Made by a program: the position numbers and the translations under genes
Assembly (NCBI RefSeq): GCF_000012285.1
Contig: NC_007181.1
Location: forward strand, 1,770,001-1,802,000
Reading direction: 5' to 3'
Length of the DNA: 32,000 bases
Origin: Sulfolobus acidocaldarius DSM 639
GTDB taxonomy: Archaea > Thermoproteota > Thermoprotei_A > Sulfolobales > Sulfolobaceae
The notes under the pieces: generated by a model
Seen by the model: the letters and a program-made list of their open reading frames with translations, nothing else
The model's database searches: none
What the model was told of the DNA's origin: nothing
Part shown: piece after piece, positions 1 to 9,385 of the stretch
How positions within the stretch are numbered: the first letter of the stretch is position 1
Layout of the letters: the number at the start of each line of letters is the position of its first letter

Positions 1-117
1 GCCTCAGGGTACTTCGACGTTTATATGCAGGCTGGTGGATATGGATATTGTTATGCACATGTTATGGCAGGACTGTCTAACCAGAACGTGGATTACTATA
101 CAGGATGTTTTGGGTAA
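1..117 (+). CDS. 3' end of an unidentified protein (partial, runs off the window start)
   Basis: Frame 1 is open from base 1 to TAA at 115-117, followed by a second TAA at 118-120. It translates as ASGYFDVYMQAGGYGYCYAHVMAGLSNQNVDYYTGCFG*. It ends 8 nt before the next gene. No family recognised. Confidence 0.3.
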   Translation, partial: ASGYFDVYMQAGGYGYCYAHVMAGLSNQNVDYYTGCFG

Positions 118-125
118 TAAATTAG

Positions 126-809
126 GTGAACATATTAATGTGGATGAAAGGTATTTTGATACTAATTCTAGTCTTTATTGCATCCTTTATCTCACTCTAC
201 GTTTATGAGTATTTTTCACTTAACGGTTTGAACAGCAGTGTTGTAGAAAAATTGAGTTATTCTCTCTTACTCTTCCCATTAGATAAAAATGTCTCTTCCA
301 AATTCATCGTTTTCCCACAGGGCTGTTTGCATTTAAACGCAAGCATATTAAGGTTAAGTAATGGGTCGTATCTAACTACATACTCAAACTCTTACGGTAA
401 CATCTCATATATCTCCCACTATCCAATACTTCTGGGTGTCAATTTCACTGACCCTGACGCATGCAAAATAGGCTTAATGAAGAGTATTAGGGTACAGTTA
501 ATATACGAAAATGTAACTAAATTTGATGGTATCACAGTTCTTAACTACCATCAGAATACCATATCTCAAGGTCTAGGATTTCCATTTCTTATAGGTAAAG
601 TCCTTGGTAACCAATTTCTGGTTAAGCTATCTGATGGTTACCTTGTGATAAACTCCGTTGTCCAAAGGGGAAACATAGTTCAGATAAAGTTGACTGAGAT
701 AAAGGCTCCTATAATAATCAATGGTGAAACGTTAGAGTCATTGATTGCCATTTCCCTTATTATTTCATTGATGGTGTATGGGATATTGAGCTCGCTCAGA
801 AACAGGTGA
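126..809 (+). CDS. Hypothetical membrane-anchored protein (N- and C-terminal hydrophobic helices), first gene of the ABC operon
   Basis: 227-aa ORF with a GTG start (ATG alternatives at 138 and 144). Hydrophobic N-terminus ILILILVFIASFISLYVY and C-terminus LIAISLIISLMVYGIL. Its stop overlaps the next gene start (GTGA at 806-809). Confidence 0.6.
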   Translation: MNILMWMKGILILILVFIASFISLYVYEYFSLNGLNSSVVEKLSYSLLLFPLDKNVSSKFIVFPQGCLHLNASILRLSNGSYLTTYSNSYGNISYISHYPILLGVNFTDPDACKIGLMKSIRVQLIYENVTKFDGITVLNYHQNTISQGLGFPFLIGKVLGNQFLVKLSDGYLVINSVVQRGNIVQIKLTEIKAPIIINGETLESLIAISLIISLMVYGILSSLRNR

Positions 810-1582
810 GAGATATGCTGAATCCAGCATTAGATCTTAGAGTAATCAAGTTGGAAATCAATAGGCTCGTTAACTCACTGGGCTTCTGGGTATATCTCTC
901 CCTCTCCCTATTTACGTTTGTAGTCAGTTTCTCATCGGCTAAAGTACTATTACTCTTTATTTATCCACTTTTAGCATCCGTTCTGACAAACTATTACCTG
1001 GGCTCTGACTTAAGAAGGAGGGTGGACTTTAACATATCCTATCATTATGGGATTGATATTAAGAGGATCTTCATAAATAAATTACTTCTGCAGTCAGCGC
1101 TAATGTCTCCAATACCCTTAATGAGTTTAGCCCTTATTTCCTCTAAAAACAGCGGACTCGCCTTGACAACTATGTATATCCTCATATTCCTAGTCCAGTA
1201 TGTAAATAACATATTTTTTCCTGTGGCAGTGACTTTCGCTTCAAACCCAAATAAGTTAGAAGATCTTGGAATAGTTTACCCGTTGGTCACCAGCTTCTTG
1301 GCTCCAGAGCTCTTTACCATACTCCTGTCAGTTTTCTACTTCGCTAAGAGGACTATACTACAAATTGTATTCATAATATCCTCTATTCAGATACCTAATC
1401 TGTTCCCATTATATATACAGGATGAGGCAAGCTATGTGAGTGCCGGGATTCCTAATGAGCCTGTATTATTACAAGTTCTTTATCACAATCTCTTGGTCTT
1501 GGTTCTGCTACTCACGTACAATTCTATTTTAGTCCTCTTATCAATTAGACTACTAGGGAGGAAGGAGGTGATGAGCAGATGA
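806..1582 (+). CDS. Polytopic membrane protein, putative ABC-2-type permease component
   Basis: 258-aa ORF with several long hydrophobic segments. It has an ATGA overlap with the downstream ABC ATPase at 1579-1582. An alternative ATG start lies at 815. Confidence 0.6.
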   Translation: MRDMLNPALDLRVIKLEINRLVNSLGFWVYLSLSLFTFVVSFSSAKVLLLFIYPLLASVLTNYYLGSDLRRRVDFNISYHYGIDIKRIFINKLLLQSALMSPIPLMSLALISSKNSGLALTTMYILIFLVQYVNNIFFPVAVTFASNPNKLEDLGIVYPLVTSFLAPELFTILLSVFYFAKRTILQIVFIISSIQIPNLFPLYIQDEASYVSAGIPNEPVLLQVLYHNLLVLVLLLTYNSILVLLSIRLLGRKEVMSR

Positions 1583-2433
1583 TTACCCTTAAACACCTTG
1601 TGAAGAGGTTTGGTAAGAAAGTGGTTTTAGACGATGTCTCCTTAGAAGTTAGAGAGGGATACACTGCGTTAGTTGGTCCAAACGGTGCAGGAAAATCTAC
1701 TCTCTTAGGGGTGTTAGCAGGTGTCTATAAGTATGAGGGAGAATGCCATATTTTAGGAATTGAGTGTCGTGACAGTAAGCGGATTCACGAGAGGGTTTCC
1801 TTTAGCATTGACACGCCCGTATTTCCCGATATCAAAGTGAGAAACATTCTTAAGATAGCTGAGGCTGATGAGGAGATAGTCTATCAACTAGGTGCTGAGG
1901 AGATACTTAAAAAGAACTTCAACTCACTGTCCACTGGACAAGCTAAGTTAGTCAGCATATCAATAGCCCTAGGTAGGGACGCAGACCTTTACATACTAGA
2001 CGAGCCTACAGCTAACTTAGACCCGGATAAGAGGGTCAGGTTTTATGACGTATTGCTCCGTAAGGCGAAGAACGTCTTTATAGCTAGCCATGAGCTTTCA
2101 GAGGTTAACAATATAGCATCGAACCTGGTTATAATCAGGAGAGGTAAGATAGTATTTAATGGGACCCTGAAGGAGCTCAGTAATAAGTACGGTAACTTGG
2201 TCATTATTAAAACAAATAGACCTCAGGAAATCATTAAGCTCTTGGGTAGAGGGAATCATTTTGGGAACTCTGTACTTATAGAGGGTGAGTCGACTTTGGA
2301 AAGTATCCTGACTGAGCTTAAAAGTAAGGATGTGAACATGGAATGGGTTCTCGGTATAGATGTAGCTGATCTAAGTGTCTTTTACAGGAGGATGGTCGAG
2401 GAAGATGAAAAGCTGGATAGTAAAAGAGATTAA
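1579..2433 (+). CDS. ABC transporter ATP-binding protein
   Basis: Walker A GPNGAGKST, ABC signature LSTGQAKL, Walker B LYILDEPTANLD and H-loop IASHEL are all present in the 284-aa product. Confidence 0.93.
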   Translation: MITLKHLVKRFGKKVVLDDVSLEVREGYTALVGPNGAGKSTLLGVLAGVYKYEGECHILGIECRDSKRIHERVSFSIDTPVFPDIKVRNILKIAEADEEIVYQLGAEEILKKNFNSLSTGQAKLVSISIALGRDADLYILDEPTANLDPDKRVRFYDVLLRKAKNVFIASHELSEVNNIASNLVIIRRGKIVFNGTLKELSNKYGNLVIIKTNRPQEIIKLLGRGNHFGNSVLIEGESTLESILTELKSKDVNMEWVLGIDVADLSVFYRRMVEEDEKLDSKRD

Positions 2434-2992
2434 AATAAACGGGTTAAGCTACTTCGGTCCCTTAATATTCACAGTGTTGCCCATAGCCGAAAGGATATAC
2501 AAAATAAGTCTGAACTCTTACATAATGATAAACTATCTCATACTAGTTATTTTCTTGTCCTTTATCTGTACTTATTTAGTTTTAAGTAACCTGTTTAACG
2601 GAATAATGTACACGTTAACCTATACTGTTGGAATATCCCCTAAGGAAATTATACTCACCAGACTATTCCTGTTCTCCACCATACCAGTTCTACCAATTGC
2701 CATGGCATTGTGGATGACCTCATCATTAACTACACTTGCGAAATTCATTATCCAGATCTACATTTTGGTGTTAATGTCCACTATTATCGGGATAATATTT
2801 AAGAACGACATCATTGCTCTGATTATGGACTTCATTATAAGTGCACTGGGACTTAGTGTTAAAATAAACTTCCTATTCCCATTCCTATCAGGTCAACTCA
2901 ATCCGTTGTCAGGAATAATAGTGGTGTTGCTCTTAGCCCTTACCATTTACCTATTGAGTAACGTTGAACTACAAAAGGTAGAACGTGTTTAA
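2405..2992 (+). CDS. Polytopic membrane protein, putative second permease component
   Basis: Hydrophobic ORF in the frame of track ORF 2375-2992. The ATG at 2405 (MKSWIVKEIK...) is the more likely start and overlaps the ATPase 3' end by 29 nt. Confidence 0.6.
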   Translation: MKSWIVKEIKINGLSYFGPLIFTVLPIAERIYKISLNSYIMINYLILVIFLSFICTYLVLSNLFNGIMYTLTYTVGISPKEIILTRLFLFSTIPVLPIAMALWMTSSLTTLAKFIIQIYILVLMSTIIGIIFKNDIIALIMDFIISALGLSVKINFLFPFLSGQLNPLSGIIVVLLLALTIYLLSNVELQKVERV

Positions 2993-3314
2993 AGTTTTCT
3001 AAGCCACATAATGTCTAATTCGGGCTAATGGAGGTAGTAGATTGGTCTCCTTGGGCAATACAGACTAAACCTGAAGCATATTGGGAGATTTCCGATACAG
3101 ATCTTAAAAGTAATGTATTGTGATTATGAGGAGACTAAGAACTAACGATGTGAGGAAAGCCTCGCCTTTTATGGTGAGGATGGAGCCAGATTGCATGGAT
3201 ATGTATCTCCTTCTTGATACGTGCTATATCAAGACTAATTCCCTAGAGTAGGACATCTCATCAAGTCTCCCCTGAACTAATAGACTTAAATATTCAGCTT
3301 TATGAAAAGAATGT

Positions 3315-3644
3315 ATGGTTTGGAAGAGAACTATCTCCGCAAAGGCACTTGAGAAGGCAAAGTACGCATCTGTCAAGGTGGAAGATAAAGTAATTTTTAT
3401 GGCTAACATTAAGGGCAAACTGTATGCAATGGACGCAGTATGTAGCCACGCAAGGTGCATATTGGGTCAACTGGATGAGGAGAAACTAACTGTAAAGTGC
3501 TTCTGTCATCATGCTGTGTTTGATTTAAATACTGGTAATATGTTAGAACCACCATACGTAGCACCTGATGCACCCAAGGAGAAACTAGGGCTTAAGACAT
3601 ACCAGATCAGGGACAATAGTGGATGGATAGAGGTAGACGTGTGA
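3315..3644 (+). CDS. Rieske [2Fe-2S] domain protein (ferredoxin-like)
   Basis: The Rieske ligand pattern CxH...CxxH is visible as CSHARC-(x15)-CFCHH in a 109-aa product. An AT-rich box lies about 25 nt upstream. Confidence 0.8.
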   Translation: MVWKRTISAKALEKAKYASVKVEDKVIFMANIKGKLYAMDAVCSHARCILGQLDEEKLTVKCFCHHAVFDLNTGNMLEPPYVAPDAPKEKLGLKTYQIRDNSGWIEVDV

Positions 3645-3810
3645 GGGAGGTATAATACAAAACGAGAAAAGCCTTTTCATTTAGGGAGGAAGTCAGATTT
3701 CTTACTTATGTTTTCTGTAATTCTAGCTAATAAAATCTCATGGTTTCTAACTGAATAAGTCCATTGCACATTCAGATATAATTTATAATTATAAAAGTTG
3801 ATAGACAATC

Positions 3811-4071
3811 ATGAGTGTCGAAATAAACAATAATGGAATAACAATAAAGATTCCCGGTCTCTCGTATAACGTAATGATCAAGAGAGACGATATAACAAGG
3901 ATAGAGGAGACAACTGCACCCGATGAAATTTGTAATTTACTTAGGACTAAGGGCGTAATATTTGCAGGAACTACAATAGACGGAAAAGTCACGTACTATA
4001 ACCTTAGAAAGGGTGGAAAGTGTCTGGAGGTAACACTGAAGGATGGGAGGAAAGTTTACATAGGCACTTGA
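3811..4071 (+). CDS. Small hypothetical protein (86 aa)
   Basis: ATG preceded by the TATA-like tttataattataaaag about 15-30 nt upstream. K/E/I/G-rich soluble composition. The competing antisense ORF 3789-3992 is a hydrophobic shadow frame. Confidence 0.45.
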   Translation: MSVEINNNGITIKIPGLSYNVMIKRDDITRIEETTAPDEICNLLRTKGVIFAGTTIDGKVTYYNLRKGGKCLEVTLKDGRKVYIGT

Positions 4072-4477
4072 CCACTCTCCATAGGCCTCCATGAGGGAGA
4101 GCTTAACCCTGAGACCTCAGCCTACGTGAGGCTATATCTAAAGAGTCATAATCGTGAAGTCATGGGAAATAATATGTAACGCCCGTAACTATCTGTAATC
4201 GTAATTAATAACAGGTATTTCGATCTTATTGGCATCACTAACAACAACTGCTGGGGTAAGCTCAGCTCCTCATTTGACTATTCTGGCGTTATATCTTTGG
4301 GAAATGTTCTTCTTTAATAAAATTGTAGATCTCTTTTCTTCCGTCTTTTATTTCATATCCAGAGAGTATTGTCACCCATTACCTTTACTTATGTTAAATT
4401 AATGAACGTTTACCTGTAAATATTAATTTTTTAACTATAATACTTGTCCTGTCATAATTAGTTTACACCAAAAATAT

Positions 4478-4493
4478 AATGAAATATAAATAT
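4478..4493 (+). promoter_or_regulatory. Archaeal BRE/TATA promoter for the 4515-9385 operon (leaderless transcript)
   Basis: atataaat at 4484-4491 is centred about 27 nt upstream of the ATG at 4515. A purine-rich stretch lies just upstream. No SD-like motif lies in between. Confidence 0.55.
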
Positions 4494-4514
4494 CCATTTG
4501 CGTAATAATTCTCT

Positions 4515-5249
4515 ATGAGATACGCGATCGTAACAGGAGGAGGGAGCGGAATAGGTTATACAACCTCAATAAAGTTAGCCTCACTGGGTTATGGTGTAAT
4601 AATGGGAGACATTGCCCCAAACATAGAGGAGAAAGCAAAAAGCGTTAGGGAAGCCACAAAAAACGAGAAAGTCATAGGCTTACACCTAGACGTAACAGAC
4701 TGGGACAGCTGTAACGCGTTCTACAACAAAGCCCTCAGTTCTCTAGGAATAGACCATGTAGACATACTCATAAATAATGCCGGAATATTGAGGGACGCCC
4801 TTTTCGTTAAAATGACCAGAGAGCAGTGGGACCAAGTGATCAAAGTCCACTTGTACGGAGCGTTCAACATGACGAAACAGGTAGTTGAGGGGATGATAAA
4901 GTATCAGTGGGGGAGAATAATCAACATGTCCTCAATCAGTTGGAAAGGTAACGTAGGACAGGCAAACTACTCAGCTGCAAAGGCTGGCTTAATAGGGTTC
5001 ACAAAGACATTGGCAAAGGAGTTAGGTAAGTACAACATAACAGTCAACGCCATAGTCCCAGGGTTTATTGACACACCCATGACTGCCCCACTACCTGACA
5101 AGATAAAGAAGATGTTCCTGGAGAGGATCCCCGCAGGTAGGATGGGCAGACCAGAGGAAATCTCTAACATTATAGCCTTCCTAGTCTCTGATGAGGCGTC
5201 ATACATAAGCGGGGCTGAGATCGAAGTAACTGGAGGCTTCTCACAGTGA
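4515..5249 (+). CDS. Short-chain dehydrogenase/reductase, 3-oxoacyl reductase (FabG-like)
   Basis: Cofactor motif TGGGSGIG at the N-terminus, NNAG, and the catalytic S...YSAAK triad pattern. 244 aa. Confidence 0.92.
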   Translation: MRYAIVTGGGSGIGYTTSIKLASLGYGVIMGDIAPNIEEKAKSVREATKNEKVIGLHLDVTDWDSCNAFYNKALSSLGIDHVDILINNAGILRDALFVKMTREQWDQVIKVHLYGAFNMTKQVVEGMIKYQWGRIINMSSISWKGNVGQANYSAAKAGLIGFTKTLAKELGKYNITVNAIVPGFIDTPMTAPLPDKIKKMFLERIPAGRMGRPEEISNIIAFLVSDEASYISGAEIEVTGGFSQ

Positions 5250-6781
5250 TAGTCAGGGGGGAAAAGCTAGAAGAGTTAGATAACCCTTTTTCCATAGTCA
5301 AAGCATTAGAGGAGAGAAGTTCCTCAGACCACGTAGCAGTAAGCTACTTTGGAAGGAAGATAAGTTACAGGCAACTCAACTACATGGTCAATTCAGTATC
5401 CTCTAGTCTAGACCTGGAGAAGGGCGACGTTGTACTCCTGTCCATGCAGAATATCCCACAGTTTATAATAGCTGAGTTCGCCATATGGAAAAGGGGAGGG
5501 ATTGTCTTACCAGTGAACCCCTCTTATACAGAGAGGGAGCTGGATTACCTTATCCAGGACTCTGGGGCTAAGCTAATGATAGCCTCATGTGAGTCTATTA
5601 GCACAGACAAGATACCTGTGGTCAGGACAAATCCAGAGACATTTGGTCCAATACCAAGTGAGTACAGTAAGGCTTGGAAGTTGAAGGACTGTAATGAGGA
5701 ACTCGATTTTAAATCAGGTGGTAAACAAGCTAATGGACACGAAACCGATGTGAGATCAGACGATATAGCACTACTAGTTTACACCTCTGGGACTACAGGT
5801 AAACCTAAAGGTGTACCAATAACCCATTCAAACATCTTTGCCTCCTCTACTATATACAAACACTGGTTCAAGTTTAGTGAGAGGGACAAGAACCTGGCTA
5901 TTGCCCCCTTCTTTCACATAACAGGTCAGATCTTTGGGATAACGTCCTCAATTCTCTCCGGTTCTGAGATAACTACTTTCTTCAGGTTTAACCCAGACCT
6001 TACCCTGAGGGTGGTTGAGGAGGAAAAGACCACAGTTACCATGGCAGTTGCCACAGCTTACACCTCCATGGTCAATGCGTACAAGGGTGAGGAAGACCTA
6101 TCCTCTATGAGGTTGTGGTCCTCAGGAGGTATGGCTATGCCCCGTTCATTAGAGATGAAGTGGAAGGAAAAGCTGGGCTCATGGATATACATGGCATGGG
6201 GTCTAACAGAGACCACTTCACCTGCGACACTGTGGCCATATCCTTATGAAGGGGACTTACCCCTTGACAGTGAGTACAACGTGGTAAGTTCTGGTATACC
6301 TGTCTATAACACTGAGGTAATGGTCAGCAATGACGGGGAACTCCTGGTCAGGGGACCACAGGTCGTCTCGGGGTATTGGAGGATGGAGAAGTTTAAGGAC
6401 GGTTGGTTGCCCACAGGCGATATTGGAAAAATAGAGAACGGGTGGGTCTACATTATTGACAGGAAGAAAGACGTGATTAACGCATCAGGCTTTAAGGTCA
6501 TGCCCAGGGAAGTGGAAGAGGTCTTGTATATGCACCCTGCTGTGGAAGAGGTGGCAGTGGTCTCAGTAGTTGATGAATACAGGGGAGAGACAGTTGGGGC
6601 TTTCATAAAGCTCAGGGAACAGTTCAGTGAGAGTGACGAGCTGAAGAAGGACATTATTGACTTCTGTAGGCAACGTCTAGCTCCGTATAAAGTGCCTAAA
6701 GTGGTCAACTTTGTAAAGGAAATACCTAAAACCCCATCAGGCAAAATTATGAGGAGGGCGTTCAGGAATGAAAATAAGTGA
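5246..6781 (+). CDS. AMP-dependent synthetase/ligase (acyl-CoA synthetase family)
   Basis: AMP-binding signature YTSGTTGKPKGV, TGD, and the C-terminal PKTPSGKI lysine motif. The GTG start overlaps the SDR stop (GTGA). Confidence 0.92.
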   Translation: MIVRGEKLEELDNPFSIVKALEERSSSDHVAVSYFGRKISYRQLNYMVNSVSSSLDLEKGDVVLLSMQNIPQFIIAEFAIWKRGGIVLPVNPSYTERELDYLIQDSGAKLMIASCESISTDKIPVVRTNPETFGPIPSEYSKAWKLKDCNEELDFKSGGKQANGHETDVRSDDIALLVYTSGTTGKPKGVPITHSNIFASSTIYKHWFKFSERDKNLAIAPFFHITGQIFGITSSILSGSEITTFFRFNPDLTLRVVEEEKTTVTMAVATAYTSMVNAYKGEEDLSSMRLWSSGGMAMPRSLEMKWKEKLGSWIYMAWGLTETTSPATLWPYPYEGDLPLDSEYNVVSSGIPVYNTEVMVSNDGELLVRGPQVVSGYWRMEKFKDGWLPTGDIGKIENGWVYIIDRKKDVINASGFKVMPREVEEVLYMHPAVEEVAVVSVVDEYRGETVGAFIKLREQFSESDELKKDIIDFCRQRLAPYKVPKVVNFVKEIPKTPSGKIMRRAFRNENK

Positions 6782-7886
6782 AGTTAAAGTAACCAAGCTT
6801 TCCTCAAAGGAGTTCTATGAAAGGGACGCATTGGCTGTTAAGGGAGGGGCAGAGCACTTCATGGACGTCGCTGTGGTAAGTGTTGTGACTAGCAACGGAG
6901 AAATAGGCTACGGTGAAGCTATAGCTTACGGTATACTTGATGTTGTCTCTACAACAATTGAAAAAATCTACAGACCTCTGTTACTGGGAGAGGAGTCCTC
7001 TAACATCCTGGGACTATGGAATAAGATGTATAAGACCACCTTCAGGCTAGGGAGAAGGGGTGTCACAATATCCTCACTGAGCGGTGTGGATATCGCTCTG
7101 TGGGACTTGCTGGGCAAGGAGCTGGGATCCCCAGTCTACAAATTGCTTGGAGGGGAGAGGAGGAGGATAAGAGGGTACATCACTGGAGGATATTACAGGC
7201 AAGATAAGGATATGGAGAAACTACTGGAGGAGGTCAAAGGGTATATTGAAAAGGGGTTTACTTCGGTAAAGATTAAGATAGGTGGGTTAAGTGTTCAAGA
7301 GGACATGAAGAGGCTTAACGCAATAAGGGAGAACTTTGGGAATTCACTGAACATTGCTGTAGACGCGAACAATGTATATGACTTCAACACAGCCCTAAAG
7401 GTGGGAAGGGAATTGGAGAAGTTAGGAGTGATGTTCTTCGAGGAACCCATATCCACTGACTTACCAGACCTGAGTGCAGAGCTTACTAGGGCGTTAGACA
7501 TACCAATAGCTGGATATGAAACAGCTTCGACACTCTTCGAGTACAGAGATCTCATCACTAAGCGTTCAGTTGACATAGTCCAGGTGGACGCATCGTGGAA
7601 CGGAGGGATAACCGAAATGGTGAGAATAGGTAACTTGGCTAGGGCGTTTGGACTACCTGTAGTTCCCCATTACTCTGCAGGTGGGATAAGTTTTGTTGCC
7701 AGCCTACATTCAGCCCTTGTGATAGACTCACCTATAATCGAGTACCATTTAAGGTATAATCCCCTGAGGGAGAGCTTAGCAGGAGAGGCTATAAGGTATG
7801 AGAACGGTGAGTTTTTGCCCCCAGATAAGCCTGGTCTGGGAATTAGTTTAGATGAGAGGGTCATAGAGAAATACAGGGTTGAGTGA
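6768..7886 (+). CDS. Enolase-superfamily enzyme, mandelate racemase/muconate lactonizing (MR subgroup) type
   Basis: KxK motif (VKIKIGG), metal-ligand contexts AVDAN / FEEP / VQVD, and a late His (VVPHYS). 372 aa. It overlaps the ligase 3' end by 14 nt. Confidence 0.9.
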   Translation: MKISEVKVTKLSSKEFYERDALAVKGGAEHFMDVAVVSVVTSNGEIGYGEAIAYGILDVVSTTIEKIYRPLLLGEESSNILGLWNKMYKTTFRLGRRGVTISSLSGVDIALWDLLGKELGSPVYKLLGGERRRIRGYITGGYYRQDKDMEKLLEEVKGYIEKGFTSVKIKIGGLSVQEDMKRLNAIRENFGNSLNIAVDANNVYDFNTALKVGRELEKLGVMFFEEPISTDLPDLSAELTRALDIPIAGYETASTLFEYRDLITKRSVDIVQVDASWNGGITEMVRIGNLARAFGLPVVPHYSAGGISFVASLHSALVIDSPIIEYHLRYNPLRESLAGEAIRYENGEFLPPDKPGLGISLDERVIEKYRVE

Positions 7887-7887
7887 A

Positions 7888-9048
7888 ATGATAGTTGGGT
7901 TCTCAAGTTCAATACACAAAAAATATGAGGGGTCAACATTCCAGCTTTTGGCTGAGACTGTAAGTAAAGCCCTAGATATGGCTACTGTTGACCTGAAGGA
8001 CATAGACGGTCTGTTTTACACTGTCTTACCGGGAGTTTTTGACGGAAAGGCATCACTACACTTCTCGTCATTTCAGATACCCTCTTTCCTTGGAATAAGA
8101 CCCAAAGTAATAGAGCTTGTGGAGTATGGCGGACCCTCAGCACTGACCATGGTTTACAGGGCAGAGAAGTTAATTGAGGCTGGAGAGATAGACACAGCCC
8201 TATGTGTAGTTGGGGGAAAGGCTTCCTTCCTGAGGGAGAATAAGGTTACAGTGGATGCTGTAGACAGGTTCCTGGGGAGTGTGCAACTGACCCCTTACGA
8301 CGACCTTTTCAGAGTTTATCAAGACCTTAACCCTGTAAGTGACTACGCCCTGGTAGCAAAAAGGCATTCAAAGTTGTTCGGAACCAGTGATGAACAGAGA
8401 GCCTTAATCGCAGTTATGCAGAGGAAAAATGCCCTAGGAAATGAGAGGGCGATGTACAGGACACCGTTGACTGTTAAGGACGTTTTAGAGTCCAGAGTGG
8501 TGAGCGACCCTTTGAGGCTCCTTGAGATAGTCTACCCCGTTGACGGCTTCCACGTGTTTGTTGTGAGTAAGCACCAGAGGAAGTCTGATGTGAGACCTTT
8601 GAAGGTCGAGTTTTACGGTGAGTCCCACTGGTCTGAGATGCCTCCAGAACTACCTGACATAGTTTACACCCCTGCAGTGGAGAGCAGTAAGGGGGTTAAC
8701 CTTGAGAGGATTGACGCTTTCCAGCTCTATGACTCATTTACAATCACTGTAATGCTCCAGATGGAGGACATAGGCTTGACCAAGAAGGGGAAGGGTGGGG
8801 AGTTTGTGGAGAGGACTGACATCACCTATCAGGGTGAGGTCCCTGTGAACACTGGTGGAGGGTCATTAAATGTAGGTCAGCCTGCCTTCATGAGTGGTGG
8901 TGTGATCCTAGAGGAGGCTATACTCCAGCTGAATAACATGGCTACTAACCACCAAGTGAAAGACGTTAACAGGGTATTGATAAATGGCATAGGAGGGTGG
9001 AACAGGGGTCACTCAGTTACCATGGTTTTGGGTGAGGGAAATGTTTGA
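7888..9048 (+). CDS. Thiolase-fold (SCP-x-type thiolase-like) protein lacking the canonical catalytic Cys and His
   Basis: Thiolase-like blocks VEYGGPSALTMVYRAEKLIEAGEIDTALCVVGG, LYDSFT...EDIGL and NTGGGSLNVGQP. The ATG at 7888 lies 1 nt after the enolase stop. The track start TTG at 7879 is the alternative. Confidence 0.85.
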   Translation: MIVGFSSSIHKKYEGSTFQLLAETVSKALDMATVDLKDIDGLFYTVLPGVFDGKASLHFSSFQIPSFLGIRPKVIELVEYGGPSALTMVYRAEKLIEAGEIDTALCVVGGKASFLRENKVTVDAVDRFLGSVQLTPYDDLFRVYQDLNPVSDYALVAKRHSKLFGTSDEQRALIAVMQRKNALGNERAMYRTPLTVKDVLESRVVSDPLRLLEIVYPVDGFHVFVVSKHQRKSDVRPLKVEFYGESHWSEMPPELPDIVYTPAVESSKGVNLERIDAFQLYDSFTITVMLQMEDIGLTKKGKGGEFVERTDITYQGEVPVNTGGGSLNVGQPAFMSGGVILEEAILQLNNMATNHQVKDVNRVLINGIGGWNRGHSVTMVLGEGNV

Positions 9049-9385
9049 AGAGATAAAGAAGAAATACCAAGAAATGTTTAGAGAAGAGAAACTACCATAT
9101 CTAAAGTGCACTAGATGCGGTCACTCCTTCTACTACCCCAGGGACTACTGCCCAAAATGTAGGAGTAGGGAGCTTGAGGTGAAGGAGAGTAGGGGGATTG
9201 GGTCAGTGTTCTCTGTGACAAAGTTCAGAGACAGAGACAACAAAGAAGTCTATTACGGTATAGTGGAACTAGAGGAGGGGTTTAGGTTGTACACAAACTT
9301 CCTTGTGCCAGTAGAGATAGGGGATAAGGTCAGGGTGAAATTCCTGGGGAAGGAATCAAAGGTACCGTATTTTGAGAAGATATAA
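9041..9385 (+). CDS. DUF35 family Zn-ribbon/OB-fold protein (thiolase partner)
   Basis: Zn ribbon CTRCGHSFYYPRDYCPKC followed by an OB-like C-terminal half. ATG 9041 overlaps the upstream stop (ATGTTTGA). GTG 9032 is the alternative start. Confidence 0.85.
   Translation: MFEEIKKKYQEMFREEKLPYLKCTRCGHSFYYPRDYCPKCRSRELEVKESRGIGSVFSVTKFRDRDNKEVYYGIVELEEGFRLYTNFLVPVEIGDKVRVKFLGKESKVPYFEKI

Noticed and set aside
3224-3992. Minus-strand ORFs 3224-3460 and 3789-3992
   Set aside because: The first overlaps the Rieske gene, which has a clear CxH...CxxH motif. The second is a hydrophobic mirror of the K/E/I-rich + strand ORF, which has a well-placed TATA box.
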